From Euglena gracilis (lineage: Eukaryota), in the NCBI GenBank assembly GCA_039621445.1, contig CP154954.1, positions 29,335,411-29,399,410 of the forward strand: 64,000 nt of DNA. Reading direction: 5' to 3'. Each line of letters begins with the position of its first letter. The first letter of the stretch is position 1. Shown piece by piece: positions 22,180-36,845 of the stretch. A program made the position numbers and the translations under genes. The notes below the pieces were generated by a model that was given only the letters and a program-made list of their open reading frames with translations, had not been told where the DNA came from and ran no database searches.

Positions 22180-23380
22180 GTAGCCCGGCCCGGCCCAGCC
22201 CAGCAGCTCGGCCCGGCCCGGCCCGGCCCGGCCCAGTGGCTCAGCCCGGCCCGGCGGCCTGGCAGCCCGTCCAGTGGCCGGCACGGCCGGCGGTCTGGCA
22301 GCCCGACTGGGTTGGGTGCCTGTCGGTCTGGGGTTCAGTCGCGGCGGAATCAAAATAACGCTAGATAGCCCGCTCTAAGGGATTGGCAATTATTTTGGGG
22401 ATACTTTGATAATTTTGATTTTTGGAACCCTGAAACAGGGCCAAGCGTGCAGCTGTCCTGGGAAGCCTATACAAATTGGTGCAAGGTCCCTGGGGCTTGA
22501 TTTCAGTTCCCAGTGATTTCCTTTGGTTCCGCAACATTTTATTTTGAAATGTTCGGTCTTTGACCCAAAATGGCATGTATTTGGGGCCAGACACGCAGTT
22601 GGCGGCCTGTCCGGGGTGATAGAGACCCAAGGGCTTTATTTTAAGTCCCCATTGATTTCCTTTGATTGGCCATCATTTTGGAGTATTTTGAAAATTCGAT
22701 TTTCTTGACCTCAAAATGGCCCCAAAAGGGCTCAATCAAACAGGCCAAATGTACAGTATTTGGCTCGCAATGGTCATTTTATGGCAATAAATCAGGCTAT
22801 CCGTGGAGTTACGGGGAAAACAAAGTATGGTTGGAAAGGCCGTTCCAAGGGCTTCATTTTTGGTCAGACATTTCCTTTGACTTCGCTTCATTTTCGAGAT
22901 ATTTTTAAAAAATTCGATTTTTTTACCAAAAAAAAAACAGCCAGAAACTCCCAAAATGGCCGTTTTGGGCAACAAAACCGAGCTGAAACACGGGCAAGGC
23001 GTGCCGGCGTGCAAAACCGGCGAATGGGGGGTGTTAAGAGTATCCAGGGGTACATTTGGTCTGGCAGACACTTTCAGAAATAATGACCGTTTTCTCGAGA
23101 TATTATTGGAAAGTCAGTTTTAAAATCAATTTTCGGTCAAAAGTTTTTGATCGAAAAATTTCACCTGGAGAAATAGCACAGTCAAAACGGGGGGGGGGGG
23201 GTTGGCTAATCCACCCAGTTTGGGCCCCTTGTCGGCTAAAGAACTGGGGCCTGGAAGGGAGTTGGGGCTCAAACGGAGGTGATCCAGAAAGTTGGGATCC
23301 AATTCCTTGTAGCTGAAAAAAAAAATTGGGAACGGGGCCAGGGTCATGGTGATTATAATCCGCGGTTTTCATCGCAGGGG
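22180..23380. repeat. Dispersed repeat: GC-rich GCCCG array followed by ~200-bp modules, related to 58380-61135
   Basis: 22780-23370 aligns by eye with 58830-59390. Confidence 0.7.
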
Positions 23381-24807
23381 CATGGTGGTCAGCTTCACTC
23401 GGAATAGAGAAGAGCTTAGCAACCCCACCCTAAACCCCCAGCGTCCCACCGGAAATGGCATCCCCATCCCACAGCCACCCCCTCCCAACCTAACCCCCTC
23501 CCACCCTCACCCGAGTTCGTGCCACACTGTGCACACAGCGGCGATGAGGGTGGCTGGCAACGCTCTTCACGCGCCACACGGGAGCGCGGACACGGCGGAC
23601 AGTGGTTGGGGCGGTGGGGGCCGCTGACAGGAATGGCGGGGGGGGGGGGGGATGGGGTCCGGTCCTGCCAGCGGAGAGGGGGGGGCAACAGCAATCCTCC
23701 TTGATGCACCCACAATACCTCGAAGTCACCCAGCAACACACACTGACCGTCTCCCCCCCCTCCACAGGGCTGTTACAGGAAGGCGTGGTGGGGGAGGGGT
23801 GGTCAGACCTACCAGGGTGGGGGTTGGGGGTCACCACCTATGCGTCTACAGTCCTGCCTCTTCGTGCCAACACCCCCGCTTGCTGTCGCCCCCCCCCCCC
23901 CAGTCCCCCCTTGGTCAGCCCCCCTGGACAAACGAAATCTGACCTTCAACCATCGTTACAGCCGGAGAGGACATGGGCACCGACCGATGACATCATTCAT
24001 GGATTCACTTTTCAATTACCTTCAGACCTCATTTCCAGGCATTATTGTTTGAGGCGCCTTAGAAAAACCTTAAAACCACTTTAAACAAACCTCAAAAAAA
24101 TCAGTCTGGCAAAATTTATCTCCACCTGAGCAAAATCAAAATCTCGGCAAATGGCCCAAAAAACAAAATAGCCAGCTCTGCAGGGAAAAATGATGTGTGG
24201 CATCGCTGGAACGTTATCTTTCCGCCCAAATTCAACAAATGGGTGCTTCAACTCTTTTTTGATTGCACCCCATTCTCTGACAGAACGCCCTTGGACCACC
24301 CTTGAAAAATAGAACCTTAAAAATCCTAAAAACCTTAACAAACCTTAAAACGTGTCAAAAAAACTTAAAAAGTTTAAGAATGTGTGCTTAAAAATAATGG
24401 TTGCTTATCATCATTTCCTGACCATTCCACACTCTTGAAACAACCAGATCCCTCTTTGCTTGTCCTCTTTCTTTGCACTTTAATAATCGTTTTTTTTTGT
24501 TGAAAAATGCCTCGTAAAAAGCTTTCCCTCGTAAAGAGAGTCATCATTACAAGATACCCGAAGAGAAGGGATGAACATAAATGGTTATGTTTCGTGCCCA
24601 GAGGAGGGGCCCCCAGGCCATGATTGGAGGTAAGGCCGGGGGGGGGGGGGCAACATCTGAGATTGTCCACTTCACCCTTAACAAATGACTATGGACTTAG
24701 CTCACACATTTGGGCAACTGAAATTAAAAAAAATAATGGCATTTTGGCGTTTTGTTTTTTTTTGGCATTTTGGAGTTGGTTTAAGGACAGATTTACTGGG
24801 ATGCAGT

Positions 24808-25065
24808 CAGGGTTTTTTTTAAGACCGGGGGGGGTCCCCCCCACCCACCCACCCCCTGGCCCCCCCCGGGGGGGAGGGGGGTCCGGGGACCCACAAAAAA
24901 TGGCCGAAAATCGCGAAAAGTGCTAAAAATAGAATTTTTTTCGGCGCCTGCGGCGCCGAAAATTATATCCCACCCCCCTCCGGGGGGACCCCCCCCCGGG
25001 GGGGGCTCGGCCGGACCCACCCACCCTACCTCCCCCCCGGGGGTCCAAACTTAAAAAAATCCCTG
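24808..25065. mobile_element. MITE, CAG...CTG termini, perfect 8-bp TSD GATGCAGT
   Basis: TSD at 24800-24807 and 25066-25073. TIR CAGGGTTTTTTTTAAG / CTTAAAAAAATCCCTG. Confidence 0.9.
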
Positions 25066-25121
25066 GATGCAGTATGTGTCCCAAAACTCGTGTATGCGTC
25101 TAAAAAATTGTCAGTCTGTGA

Positions 25122-25455
25122 CAGGCTTTTGCTTAAGGACACGGGGGGAGGGTACTGGCTAGCCAATCGGCAAGACACTGGAAAAAATGGACTAGCTAGA
25201 CCCCCCTCCCCCCCCGGGGGGGGTGTCCCAAGGTCCCCCCAACTGGAAAAAAAATTTCCTCCGGCGCTGTGCGCCGAGGTGGAAATGAGTTTTTTTGAAG
25301 TTTTTGGCTGATTTTGTTCCAAAAAATCCCAATTTTTTTTCCACTACTTAGCCTTGCTAGCAGCCCCCCCCCCCCCGGGCCCACTAGCCAAATTTGGACA
25401 AGCTGCAGTCCAGCCCCCCCCCCTGGGGTACTGCAATCCCTTAAGCAGAAGCCTG
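25122..25455. mobile_element. MITE, CAG...CTG termini, 8-bp TSD (7/8 match)
   Basis: TIR CAGGCTTTTGCTTAAGG / CCTTAAGCAGAAGCCTG. Flanks GTCTGTGA / GTCTGTGT. Confidence 0.88.
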
Positions 25456-26285
25456 GTCTGTGTCCCAAAAACCACCCATACAAATAGAATTAACAACAAA
25501 AGACCATTCGAAACTTCAATCTGTACCCCCTGTTTTCACAAACTTTTGGTTCGGAGTTTTGGAAGTCATCCGACATCAACGTAAATTTGCAAATACGGTG
25601 GTGTACGCCACGGTGGTGTACGCCACGGTTATTACCGGGTCCCATTTACACCACTCCTAGGGCCAGGGAGTTAAGCCATTCTCGGTCGTTTAAAAATGCC
25701 TCTGTTCAACCCCCTTTTGCAGAGTGAGTTTCGGGTGCTCACCGTGCCCTTCATTCAGTTGTTTCGCAGGCCGGCGTCGTACACTCTTGATTTCCACTAA
25801 AAATTTGAAGATGCCATCAGTCAACGGAAAGACCAGGGCCACCGGTTTGTTTTCACACATCGGAACAAGTGCTCTCTTGTGCAGCATGTAATGGTATGTG
25901 TATGAGGTGTTCGCGAAGGTGTGTGAAAACTCTGTTTCTATGGGGAATTCCTTAAAATACCCCTGGGGGGGAGGTCCAGCTGGCCAGCTGGAAAAAGAAG
26001 ATGCTGGCTGGACCCCGGGTGGGGGTCCAAAGGGGCTGCCAGGCTGTAGCTGACTGCCACCTGAAAATAGCCAAAAAAAGCCCAAATCCAGCTTGGTTGG
26101 ACTTTTTTTGGCCAAGATTTTGTGAAGCTGCCCAAAAGCAAGTAAAGCCAGACCCCACCTTACCCCCCCCGGGGGGGGGGTCCAGCCAGCCAGCACTTTT
26201 CCAGCCAGCAGTTCCCAGCTGGGCTGTGCGCAGCCCAGCGAAGCCAAAAGTATCGAAAATGGCCAAAAATGGCCATTTTTTTGGA

Positions 26286-26480
26286 CCCCACCTGAACAAA
26301 CTCATCAGACCCTTTCTCAAGTGGTGTATGGAAATGGGCATCACCCTCCAAGTTCACTGGGCCCCCTCCCAAAGCATGAAAAGCGATGCCATCAGCAGAT
26401 GGCACTTCGACCCAGGGGATTACAGTTTAAACCCTTTCAGTTTCAAAAAAGTCTTTCAGGGTTTTTCAGAGGAGGGAAAT
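26286..26480 (+). pseudogene. Relic of a third DIRS element (RNaseH-MT junction)
   Basis: PHLNKLIRPFLKWC...LQVHWAPS...DAISR...DPGDYSLN is collinear with PYLNSILKPLL...LQVVWVPT...DSLTR...DPGDYTLN of the inner DIRS. Confidence 0.8.
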
Positions 26481-27964
26481 TTGTGACTGCGTGATCTTTT
26501 GCTTTTCAGAAATTGATGCATGACCGGTGTCATCTAGCATGTTCCCCTGAGAGGCATTTTAAACCTTGTTACACATCTTTCCTCCAGCCGTCAGACAGGA
26601 GCAAGATTTCGATGTCTTACAGCCTGACAAGAAACCAGGGAATATCTAAACTTCCCCCATGTCGGTCGTCAGCACTGAAACTGGTGCCCTCACCTCTCGG
26701 TCGCTCTGTCACTCCGAAAATGCCTGCAACTCTCCCCTCCTGCCGACCTCAATTTATCAAACCGGTACACCATGGATTTTCTTCCCTGATGCCAATCTCC
26801 TATTCCAAATGGTTGTGCAGGTGAAAACAAAAAAGGATTTTTTTGAAATTCCTTTGGTTGGATATTTGTCAGTTAGGAAAACAGGAATGGGGGACTGTTT
26901 TCACAAGGCTTTGAGGACGCTCCGAGGGCTCCAGCAGGGAATCCCACAAATTCGCGCTGACGACCCTGATTATCTGTGATTTTTCGTGCTGCCAAAAAAA
27001 GCGTCTGGTTTTTCACGTTTCCTGAATACACATTTTATATAAAAAAAATACAGTTTTGCAGTATTTTGTGGAATTTTGCAGGAATTTGTTCAAAAATTGC
27101 TGAATTTTGCAAAAAACCTCATTCTCTGAAGGATGGTCTCGGTCCCTGGGTCAAGCTCAAAGAGGGCTACAGAACAAAACAAAAAAGATACCTATATTCC
27201 AAAGTTGACTCAAAATGCCCGAAATGGCCAATAGTGGCCCAATAATGGTAGAAAATGATTGACAACTGGCCAAAATTTACAAATTTGGATGGAAAGGGCA
27301 CAAAATTGCGACAATAAGCCAAAAAAAAGAGTGCCAACAATGCCAAAAAAAATATTGATGATGCCCCATTCAGCATGCCATCTTGCCGAACACCAACCAC
27401 CTGTTCTCCAATCCCATAAAATTTTCATCAGGAAGAAACAGGTGAGAGGATGACTCTGATAATGATGATGGTGCTGGTTCGTGATTATTCGTGATTATTT
27501 GTGGCACGAATTTGTGGGAATCTCTGGCTCCAGTGTCAGACAAAAAAAAAAGAGCTGAGTTTGTCAATAAGGCCCTTTTTGAGTTCTTCACATGTTTTAA
27601 GTGACACTCGAGTTGCAAACCATCATTTCTGCACATTGCCAAAAATGTGCCACCAGGTGAAAAGACCCAAACAGGGGTTTTTTCGACGAGGATTGAAATG
27701 CAGAAAATCTCAATTCGTTTGAGCAATTGTGCAAAAAAAAGGTAAAAAACTTAAGTGCGAAATAGACCACCTAAAAACCTTGGGGCATAAAATTTTTCGA
27801 ATGAAAAGAGGAGGGGACATAAAAAGTACATGTTTTATAGAAAAACAACGATATATATATATAATATATATGCATATATATATATATATGTCTGCGTAAT
27901 ACAGACAGACAACTTGCGTGTACATATACGCGTGTGTGCGTACATGCATACACACACAGACAGT

Positions 27965-27968
27965 ACAT

Positions 27969-28043
<75 letters not shown>

Positions 28044-28064
28044 TACAGACAGACATACATACAT

Positions 28065-28095
<31 letters not shown>

Positions 28096-28465
28096 TACAG
28101 ACAGACATACAGACATACAGACATACATACATACATACATACATACATACATACATACATACATACATACATACATACATACATACATACATACATACAT
28201 ACATACACACATACATACATACACACATACATACATACGTACATACATACATACATACATACATACATACGTACATACATACATACATACGTACATACAT
28301 ACATACATACATACATACATACATACATACATACATACATACATACATACATACATACATACATACATACATACATACATACATACATACATACATACAT
28401 ACATACATACATACATACATACATACATACATACATACATACATACACACAACACACACACACAC
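27965..28465. repeat. Compound microsatellite, (GACA)n grading into (TACA)n
   Basis: Directly visible. Confidence 0.97.
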
Positions 28466-30508
28466 ATGTGTGTGTGTATAAAGGAACCCATACTGGAACG
28501 AGGAACAAAGTATGGCGCACTAGTACCTCCAACAAACGATGGCCAACGATGGTCCTTACAAAATCAAAAAAAAAATCACATCCCAGCACGTTCTATGAAA
28601 AATCCGCAGAGAAAATGGACAAAAAATGGCCATTTTTTGGGCAAGTGGGCCGAGTTCCGGGGAAAAAAGTGATTTCTGACATCCTTAGGACCATCGACCA
28701 TCCCCCAAAACGTCAAAAAATGGGTTGTTTCGACTTTTTTTTTTGATGCCCAGGTCGGCCGTTGGCCGCCCCTAAAGGAAATCTTTAACAAAAAAAGAAT
28801 CTGGTTCCTGAAAGACCGGCCCTGTGCCCAAACGTCTAAATGGACGGGAGCAAATAAATTGCGACCACAACTGGCAAGCAGCAATTTGCCAAGATGTCCA
28901 GCCCACTCACAACGGCGCCATGCGTTCCATATTCAATGTATATCAAAAAGAGGAGAGATGCTCAAGGCTGTATGGGAAGGCCTTGTGAGGGGTCGACCCC
29001 CCCCCGCACCAAGGAGGTGGGTGGAGTCGACACCCCACCCACCACAGCACCTGCGGAAAGAAAACTCCTTCGGTTCCGAAGGCGCCGAAACTTTTGACTT
29101 AAAAATTGGAAATACGGGAAGGCCTGGTGGGAGAGGTCAGACCCCCCACCCACCAGGATGGGGGTGGGGGGGGGGGTCTGACCTCCGCACCCACCACCCA
29201 TAGGGTTGCAGGGATTCCCGTACAGTCCTGCATATGCTGTTGCCATGCTGTTGCATATGTTCAATGGGAACAGCAAGCAAGCAATGCAATTGGTGGCTGC
29301 ATATAAGCAGCAATCAACCTCCTGTAAGTTCAGGATTCTGCTCAAAAGAAACTCTGAAACGTCCTCCATTCTGGCGGGCTGGACTCCCAGATTATCTGTC
29401 TACGGCCGTAAATATGTGTGGGGGGGGGGGTAATTTGACGTTGTCTCCCCCCAAATTCGACAGGCCAGCCAAATCTCGGGGTTGGGAAAAAAATAACTGG
29501 TCTGTCACACCCTGCATTCGGCACTAAACAGCCTTAAGTCAGTGTTTTATACCCCCCCCCTTCCAGGTGTTGGCAGACAGCCGAAACCAGGTGGGGGAAG
29601 AAAGCCAAAAATCTTCGAAATACCCGTGTATACTCCAAAAAGGCACAGCCAACTTTAATCGAGGGAAAATAAAAATACTCCTCGATCAGCCCCCCCCCCC
29701 AAGCACGGTTCTTCAAAACCATGCTCAGGTTGGGGACCGTGGTTCGCAGAACAATCTGATCCCCCTCCATTCTGGCTCGAACAGCTGGCTGGACCTGGCT
29801 GGTTCCCGAAACCTAGCAAAGGAACTCAATCCCAGCTGGCTCAGAATCTTTTTTTTTGCCAAAACAAGTTAAGCTGATTAGATGTGCTGCACAAAAAGCA
29901 GCACTTTCCCGACAAATTTGACCCCTTCCACCTTCCCTAAAAATTGGTTTTGCAGCTGGGAGCTGCTGGCTGAAAAGGGGACTGGCTGGCTGGATGCCCC
30001 ATCCCCTTCAGGCTGAATTTGGCTTGGGGGGTCTCAGAGTGCTTTGCCACGCAGGCACTAACGCCCCCCTCCAAATAACTTTGCCTCTTGGAAAATTGGT
30101 GGGCCGTTTTTTTGGCCCCTGCCCACTGGGCAGCTAATTGGCAGTTCCCAAAACCATTTATGGAACGATTGGCCACTTTTCCTAAAGCAATTGTTGTCAA
30201 ATGCTGTTTTCATTAATAATTGTAACATGATTTGATGCTTCATCCGGTGAAGCATTTTGGAATGATTTTTGTGATTAACGCCTCCTGATTTTCCAAAAAG
30301 ACCATTTTTTCATGGTATTCCTTGTGAAGGGGGCAAAATAATTTGGACGGATCTTTTCGCCCCCCCCCCCCCCCCCCGCAAAATTACTTGAACATACGAA
30401 ATTTGAGGGGATTGTGCCAATGGTCGTTTTGGCACCGTTCACCGGCCAGCTGTGGAAGCAGCAGCCAAGTCTCTTTCCAGGCCAAGGGCGAGCTGGCTGG
30501 ACCCCCAC

Positions 30509-30768
30509 CATAGATTCACCTATGATCCTGGGGAGGGGGGCACTGCTTCCCGCATGCAAGCCCACCCACCCACTTTTTCTCTCGAAAACCCCACCCATCC
30601 ACCCACCCAAAACCCACCCAAAATCGGCCGAAACCCTTTGAAATTCTGGTGGGCCAAAGACCAAACCATGGCGCACCCCATCACAAGGGGGTGGGGTCCA
30701 GTGGCCCCAGCCACCCACTCTCAAAAACCCTGGGGGGTAGGGTCACAAAGGTGTTGAGCGAATCTATG
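30509..30768. mobile_element. MITE with CAT...ATG termini, 8-bp TSD (7/8 match)
   Basis: TIR CATAGATTC / GAATCTATG. Flanks ACCCCCAC / ACCCCAAC. Confidence 0.65.
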
Positions 30769-33700
30769 ACCCCAACCCTGGATTTAAGGAATAATCCAGG
30801 GTAGGAAACGCGATTGAAGCACTTCTCATTTTTGGGGGCGCCACAATACTTCCAAAAGTAATTCACCGCCAAACCCATGTCTGCGGCAGCTTCCCCGGCC
30901 CCCTCTGGTCAAGCCGGAAGGACCAGCATCCTGGGGATGGCACCGGTTTGGCAAACCGTCACCCAGCAGTGGGTTACACGCAGGCAAGCGCAGCAGGCCC
31001 ACCACAAGCCTTTGGGTCAAGCGGCCCCAGGGCACCTTTGGCTCTGTGACCATTTGGACGGGGGTTGGGGACGCCGTGTGGGGTGAGGCTGGGAAGTTGG
31101 CAGGGGACTGACACGAGAAGCCAGAGGTTGGCAGGACAGGAAGGGGTCAGACCTCCTCGTAGGCAGCACATCTCGCACTTAAGGGTTTTTTCTTTGTCGA
31201 TGTGCGCAATAGCGCAAATAGATATTTTTTGCAAAACCCCGAATCCGCTGATTGCCTCCACCGAAATTATTTCTTGGTATGTACGAGAATTAGAAGGAAG
31301 TTTCTAATTCACGGAAGGTTCGAATACACGATCCTAACTGAAATCGCGACTGGAGCGTTCCACCAAATGTGTGTTGTCTGTTCTCCCACAAGTTGTGTTT
31401 TTGCGCCCTCACCAGCGGTACGGGGGTATAGCCTGGAGTGTACGAAAGCTGCCCCTGGTGGTTGCGCCGGCCAGAATCGACGGGTGCGGATTTTATGTTT
31501 TTGACCCTGCATGACCCGTTGAAAGTGACGGATTTGGATGCCTGTCCAAATGGTGTGAAGAACTGTATGCCGTCCAATTTATTTTGGAGGGTCTGAAAAA
31601 CGTTAAAAATTGTCACTTTTAAGAAAAATGGAGACATTTGGGGAGTGTGGGAGGACCCTTATTATTTTGAGTTGTACAAAGGGTTGGGCAAACATATCAC
31701 TATGAATTAGAACCTGGTTCTAATTGGAATGTGGAAATTGGAACGATGATTTGTGTTGATGTGCGCAATTGCGCACATCCACACAAATCATCGTTCCAAT
31801 TAGAGGGTGGGATGAGTGGCAGGGTTACCCCCCCCTTGTCGTTGGCACGCCAATGTTCCAGGAGAGTGCCGTTGACACGGGGGGGGGGGGGTGTCAACGA
31901 CACGCCGTGTCAACGACAAGGGGGGGGGGAGGTACGTGATTTTGGGTGATGTGAAATAATCACGTAAAATTTAAATGTCGATGTGCGCAAATGCGCACAT
32001 CGATATTTGAATTTGTAAGTAACGACTGACCTGATAAATGTGTATGTGACTGTCGTTTGTGGTGTAGGGAAAATGGAATAACAACGCTCATACGTATTGC
32101 ATTTAAAGAACCCTGTTTTGGGTTGTGTTTAAACTTTGAAAAACAGGCAACTGCTGTGAGAGTGTGAACAGGCGATGAGGCTGCTTTTGGGGCAAGGGGT
32201 GAGAAAACCGATGGGAACACATAGCAGACGTAATACGACGGAGCAATTGTGTGTCGATGAACTCAAATGCGCAAACAGTCCAACGCATGCGTGCAATCAA
32301 CTGAAGTTGAATACTCCTCGGCAATCCCCTCCCTTCGGGTCACTCTATTTTCTACAACATTTTTTGGTCAGTGTGCGCATTTGCACAAATGGTGCAATCG
32401 CTTTCCTTTACGACCAATTCCCCTCACTCAAAAAAATCATTCAGAAGATAGATCCCAATCCTGAACCAGCGGTACGTGCTGCGCGGCGCGGCAGGCGGTA
32501 CGGCAGAAACCCTGACCATACAATTTTTTACCGACCCCCGGGGGGGGGGAGGGGGGTCACGCCACTTTTTGAAAAACCAGCCAGTCACTTTTTTTCGGGA
32601 AACCAGTCAGTCACTACCCCCCGGGGGGGGGGGGGGTCGGCCACTCTGGAATCCAAGAGAAATTTGACCAAAAACATGCAAAAAAGGCCAAAAAAATTTC
32701 CGGCGCCGACAAATATGGGAAATATAGTTGAGGGAGGGGACTTGAATTATTGGGAGTGTAAAACAAGGGATAAATGTTGTGAACCATTTGCACAAATGCG
32801 CACACCGACCCATAGAACAGTATTTTTTTGGAGAAAAAAGCACCACCATTGTGAAACAGTGCACAAATCGTAAACACTCCAAAAAAGAACCAATTTGGTG
32901 AACATTTGAAGACCAAAAAAATGACAACTTAAGACGAACCCAGCAGGGGGTTCTCTCCTCTCTCCCTCACGGCGTGGCTGCGCTGCGGCCGGCGTGGTCA
33001 GGGTCAGACAATTTTTTAAGCACTGGCCGACCCTCCCCCCCCCGGGGGGGTGGGTGACTGGTTTTTTCGGAGTGACTGACTGGTTTTTGGTCCCGACCTC
33101 CTCCCCCCCCCCTGGGGCGGGTTCGGCAAAAAATCACTAAAGCCTTTTTGGTTGGTGTCGGTGTGCGCCTGTGCGCAAAGCGCACAACTTCCTTTCCTTT
33201 TTGTCACATATAAATTATTTGGACGGATCCCCTCCCCGTCCTCGCCGCGCACCGCCACCCACCTCGCCACCCTGCAGCAGCCGCTACATCCTGTACCTCC
33301 CTGACCCGCAGGGGGTGTGGCAGGTGTGGCAGGCAGGTCACTGGTGTTGGTGGGTTGGTTGTCGTTGGGTTTAGGGTTAAGGTTTCTCACCCGTGTTCCC
33401 GCCCCAAATGCCAACAAACACACAGACACACCCCCACTGACAACGACCCCCGCGCCGCGCCTTGGAAGGAAGATAGACACCTTAATAATCCTTAAAATTC
33501 TCAGAATGCCTTAAAAAAACCCAAAAACTTTCAAAACCCCCTAAAAAAAACTTAAAAGTTCTTGAAAGTTTTCGCGTAAAATGATGAATGGTCACAGTTG
33601 GGCTGGTCCTGCTGGGTGACTATCCTTTTTCTCCTGGTGATACACATTCTATGGCCCAGGACTAAACGGGTATCCCGACAACTCCCCCTCCCCATGAACC

Positions 33701-36293
33701 CAACGTCGACCTCCCTGCACATAATTCGTCGTCCATCTATGGTCTGTCACCCACTGCAACGTGAGAAATTGCGAATGCAGTGAAAGTGGAGGGATGGGAG
33801 AACCTGTACCAAGAGAAAGTACCCCCCCCCCCGGGCGCTTGGCCTGGGCCACGATTGAAGGTAAGGCCAGGGGGCCAACCTTAGGGGGGCCAAGTTTGCA
33901 TGTAAGGAGAAGGGGGTCCAAGCGCCCGGGGGAGGCATGCAGGTTTCTGGGGGGCAGGGGTGCAGGGCAGGGGAGTTCTGGGGATGGAGAGCCAGCGGCC
34001 TACGAATGGCAACGGCCCCAATCTCCACAGCAGGGCTCCTGTGGAAAAGAAGCCCACCAAACGCGGTGCCAGGTGGGGGACAGCAGGGCGGGTAGGTCGG
34101 AAGGTACCAGGTATGCCGATGGGGAGACGGGAGGTAAGGCCGAGGGAGATAAATGGCAGGGCCACAGAGCGGGCCGCCTCACCCCTCAGTGTTGGGGGGC
34201 GGTTGCCTGGCTGAACAGGGAGAGGCCAAACTATGGCATCACGGCAAAATTAAAGCGGACGTTGAGCATGCACACACAAATAATGCACCTCACACGAAAG
34301 AAAGAAGTCTTCGCAGATGGCCGGTCGGGTTGGAAGAAGATCTGTGGCACAGAAATACCACTTGAGGTAATGCCTCTCGTCAGGGAGGTGAGGGCTGTTT
34401 GGCCGGCCACTGCAGCATGGGTCGCCGGCGGTAAACTGTGGTTGGCATCGGACAGAGGTAGAGGTGCGGTAGGGGCGAAGCTGAGATGGGGCCCACAACC
34501 AGGTGCAGGGGGTCGCTGAACGAGCCTCCCCCCAGAGGTCAGCTCAGTGGCCTAAAAAATTGGGCTGCTGTCTCCCCCCGGTTGGTACTGGGCCCGACCT
34601 CACATTAGACGTCAGGAACCAAAAAAAGCAAAAAGAACCCAAACCCCCACACAATTTTTTCGACCCAACAGTTTGGCTGGGTAGCCCATCCTGGGCCCAT
34701 TTGCCCACCCATTGTCGCACCTCGGAAAGCGAAACAGCCTGTCACCACCCTGCCAAGTGGACAGGAGTTAAGATTTTGTCGATAGGGGAGGGTGGCCCAA
34801 GGTTGGAAGACGGCTGCTAACTGGCTTGGCTTTCCCTGTGGGGGGATGGTGACACGGGAATGGTGTCCCGTCCGACATGAGCGACGCCGGGGCCAGGAGA
34901 GCCGTGGCCGGGCGGCACGTGTGACAGCGCCGCTCAGCCGGCGCCGCGCAGGCAGCGCAGGGGGGAGGTTGGGATGCCATTTGGGTCTCAAACGGATCGG
35001 GCAGAGCCCACAGTGCGGAGGGGCTGGGCCCGAGGTCAGGGGATTCCTCAGGACATCCCTCTAGGGGCAGGGCGGGGGGTGGTGGCACCCCTGGGCCCCC
35101 CGTGGGATAATATGGGGGAGTGTTTAAGAACCCGGGGGGGTTGCTGGGCAAGGGCGAGAAATTTGGGCTGGCCAACCCCCCCCCCCCTTAGTTGCACTGA
35201 GGCTTCTTGTCTGTTTATGGCCGGCGCTGACTTCGCTTCTGGCCCAGTTTGCTGCGTGGTGAGTGGCCAGGGACCCCTTACACCAGTCCTCTTTTGTTGC
35301 TCCCCCTGGCCGGGTGAGTAACTCTGGTGTAATTCCAGCGCTGTAGGGACATACACTCACCTTGTGTGGTTGGTGTGGTTCCCGTGGGTGGGTCTACACC
35401 CTTGCGCCCCAGTGCTGCTCTTGCCTCCTGCCCTCTTCCCACTTTTCTGTGTGGGGGCTGCATGGCGCAGGCTCAACGCCATGACTTGAAAAATTCCAAT
35501 GTGGCCTCACGGTCCCGCGGCTTAGGTAAACCCGGGTCACCAAGTCTCGGCCTTAGGGCGGAGTAGTTCCTTACATACTGGTACCTGTGCTCCATGCCCT
35601 GTCCGGGGTTGGTTTGGGCGGTCCACTGCCTCGCGGGTGGGTCCCTCTCTGCTGGCTTCCCCTTTGGGGTTGGGTTGCTGGGGGGTGCGCTCCTACTAGG
35701 CCGGCGCTCCTATTAGACCGGCCAGCCCCCCCCCTCCCGGGAGGGGGTTGAACCTGAGCCGGGCTGGGCTCTGGGCTGAAATCAGACAACTGCCCCAAAA
35801 ATGGCCCGCAAAAACGCAGCGTTGGAAAAAAAATAAGCTTCTCAACCCCAAAAAAACACGCCCAAAAGCACCCAAAACACCATTTTGGCCATTTTGAACA
35901 CCTGTTTAAATAATTTCGGCACGTTCCGCCACAAATTTTCCGGCTTGGAGCCAGTAAAAAAAGGGGCTGGCTAGCTGGACTTGCAGCAACCCACCCGCGG
36001 GGGGGGGGGGTGCCGCATCAGGGCTGGACCAAAATGGGGTTGGCTGCAGCAGCCCCCTGGGGGGGGGGGAAGGGGAATGCAAAACCTAAAATAGAGCTAT
36101 GGTGGGCATATGTGTGGCTGGGGGATCCACCGCAAACCATTGGAGTGGAGGTTGGGGGGGGGTCGCGTCCAGCTGGCCAGCTGTGGACAGGGTATAAAAT
36201 GAAATAGTGGGAGGGGAGGGGGGGCACAAAGGAAATTATTTGAGCTTCGGGGCTGCAAAAAGTGCCCAGATTTGTGGTCATACTTGTAGTTAG

Positions 36294-36845
36294 TGCGCCG
36301 CGGCGCTCATGCCGCGGCGCAAAAAAAAATTTTCTGCGGTGGTCGCGGCGCACAGAAAGATTTTTGCCGCGGCTGTCGCGGCACAAGCAAAATTTATTGC
36401 CGCGGTGGTCGCGGCGCAAGGGGAATTTTTTTCCGCGGTGGTTGCGGCACAAAAAATTTTCTGCCCGGAGCTCAAGAACGTATTGGCAGCAACACAAGAC
36501 CCAACATTTTTGGTGGAAAATTAGATTGAAGATGGTGAACGCTGATCTGTGAAAACAAACAAGAACACTTGCACAAAAGTGACCCTGCCGCCAAATACCT
36601 TTCTCGGCCATGGTCGAGAAAGTATCAAAAAGGCCAGGCGAGGGATGGGGTCGAAAGGAAGTATATGTGGGACACAATTTAAAAGACAATTGCCACAGTG
36701 GTCGCGGCACAAACTTCAAAAGTTTCCGCGGCGGTCGCGGCGCACACATAAACCAGTGCCGCGGCATTCGCAGCGCACAGAAAATTTTTTGCCGCGGCGC
36801 TGCCGGTTACAAAAAAATTTTCCGCGGTGGTCGCGGCGCACGGAA
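36294..36845. repeat. Degenerate ~33-bp minisatellite (CCGCGGTGGTCGCGGCGCA plus A/T spacer)
   Basis: About ten copies in two blocks. Related units at 16210-16275. Confidence 0.8.

Noticed and set aside
27710-28746. Long ORFs of MYVC/IHTY/QTDR repeats (also 38192-39159)
   Set aside because: They are translations of tetranucleotide microsatellites that lack stop codons.
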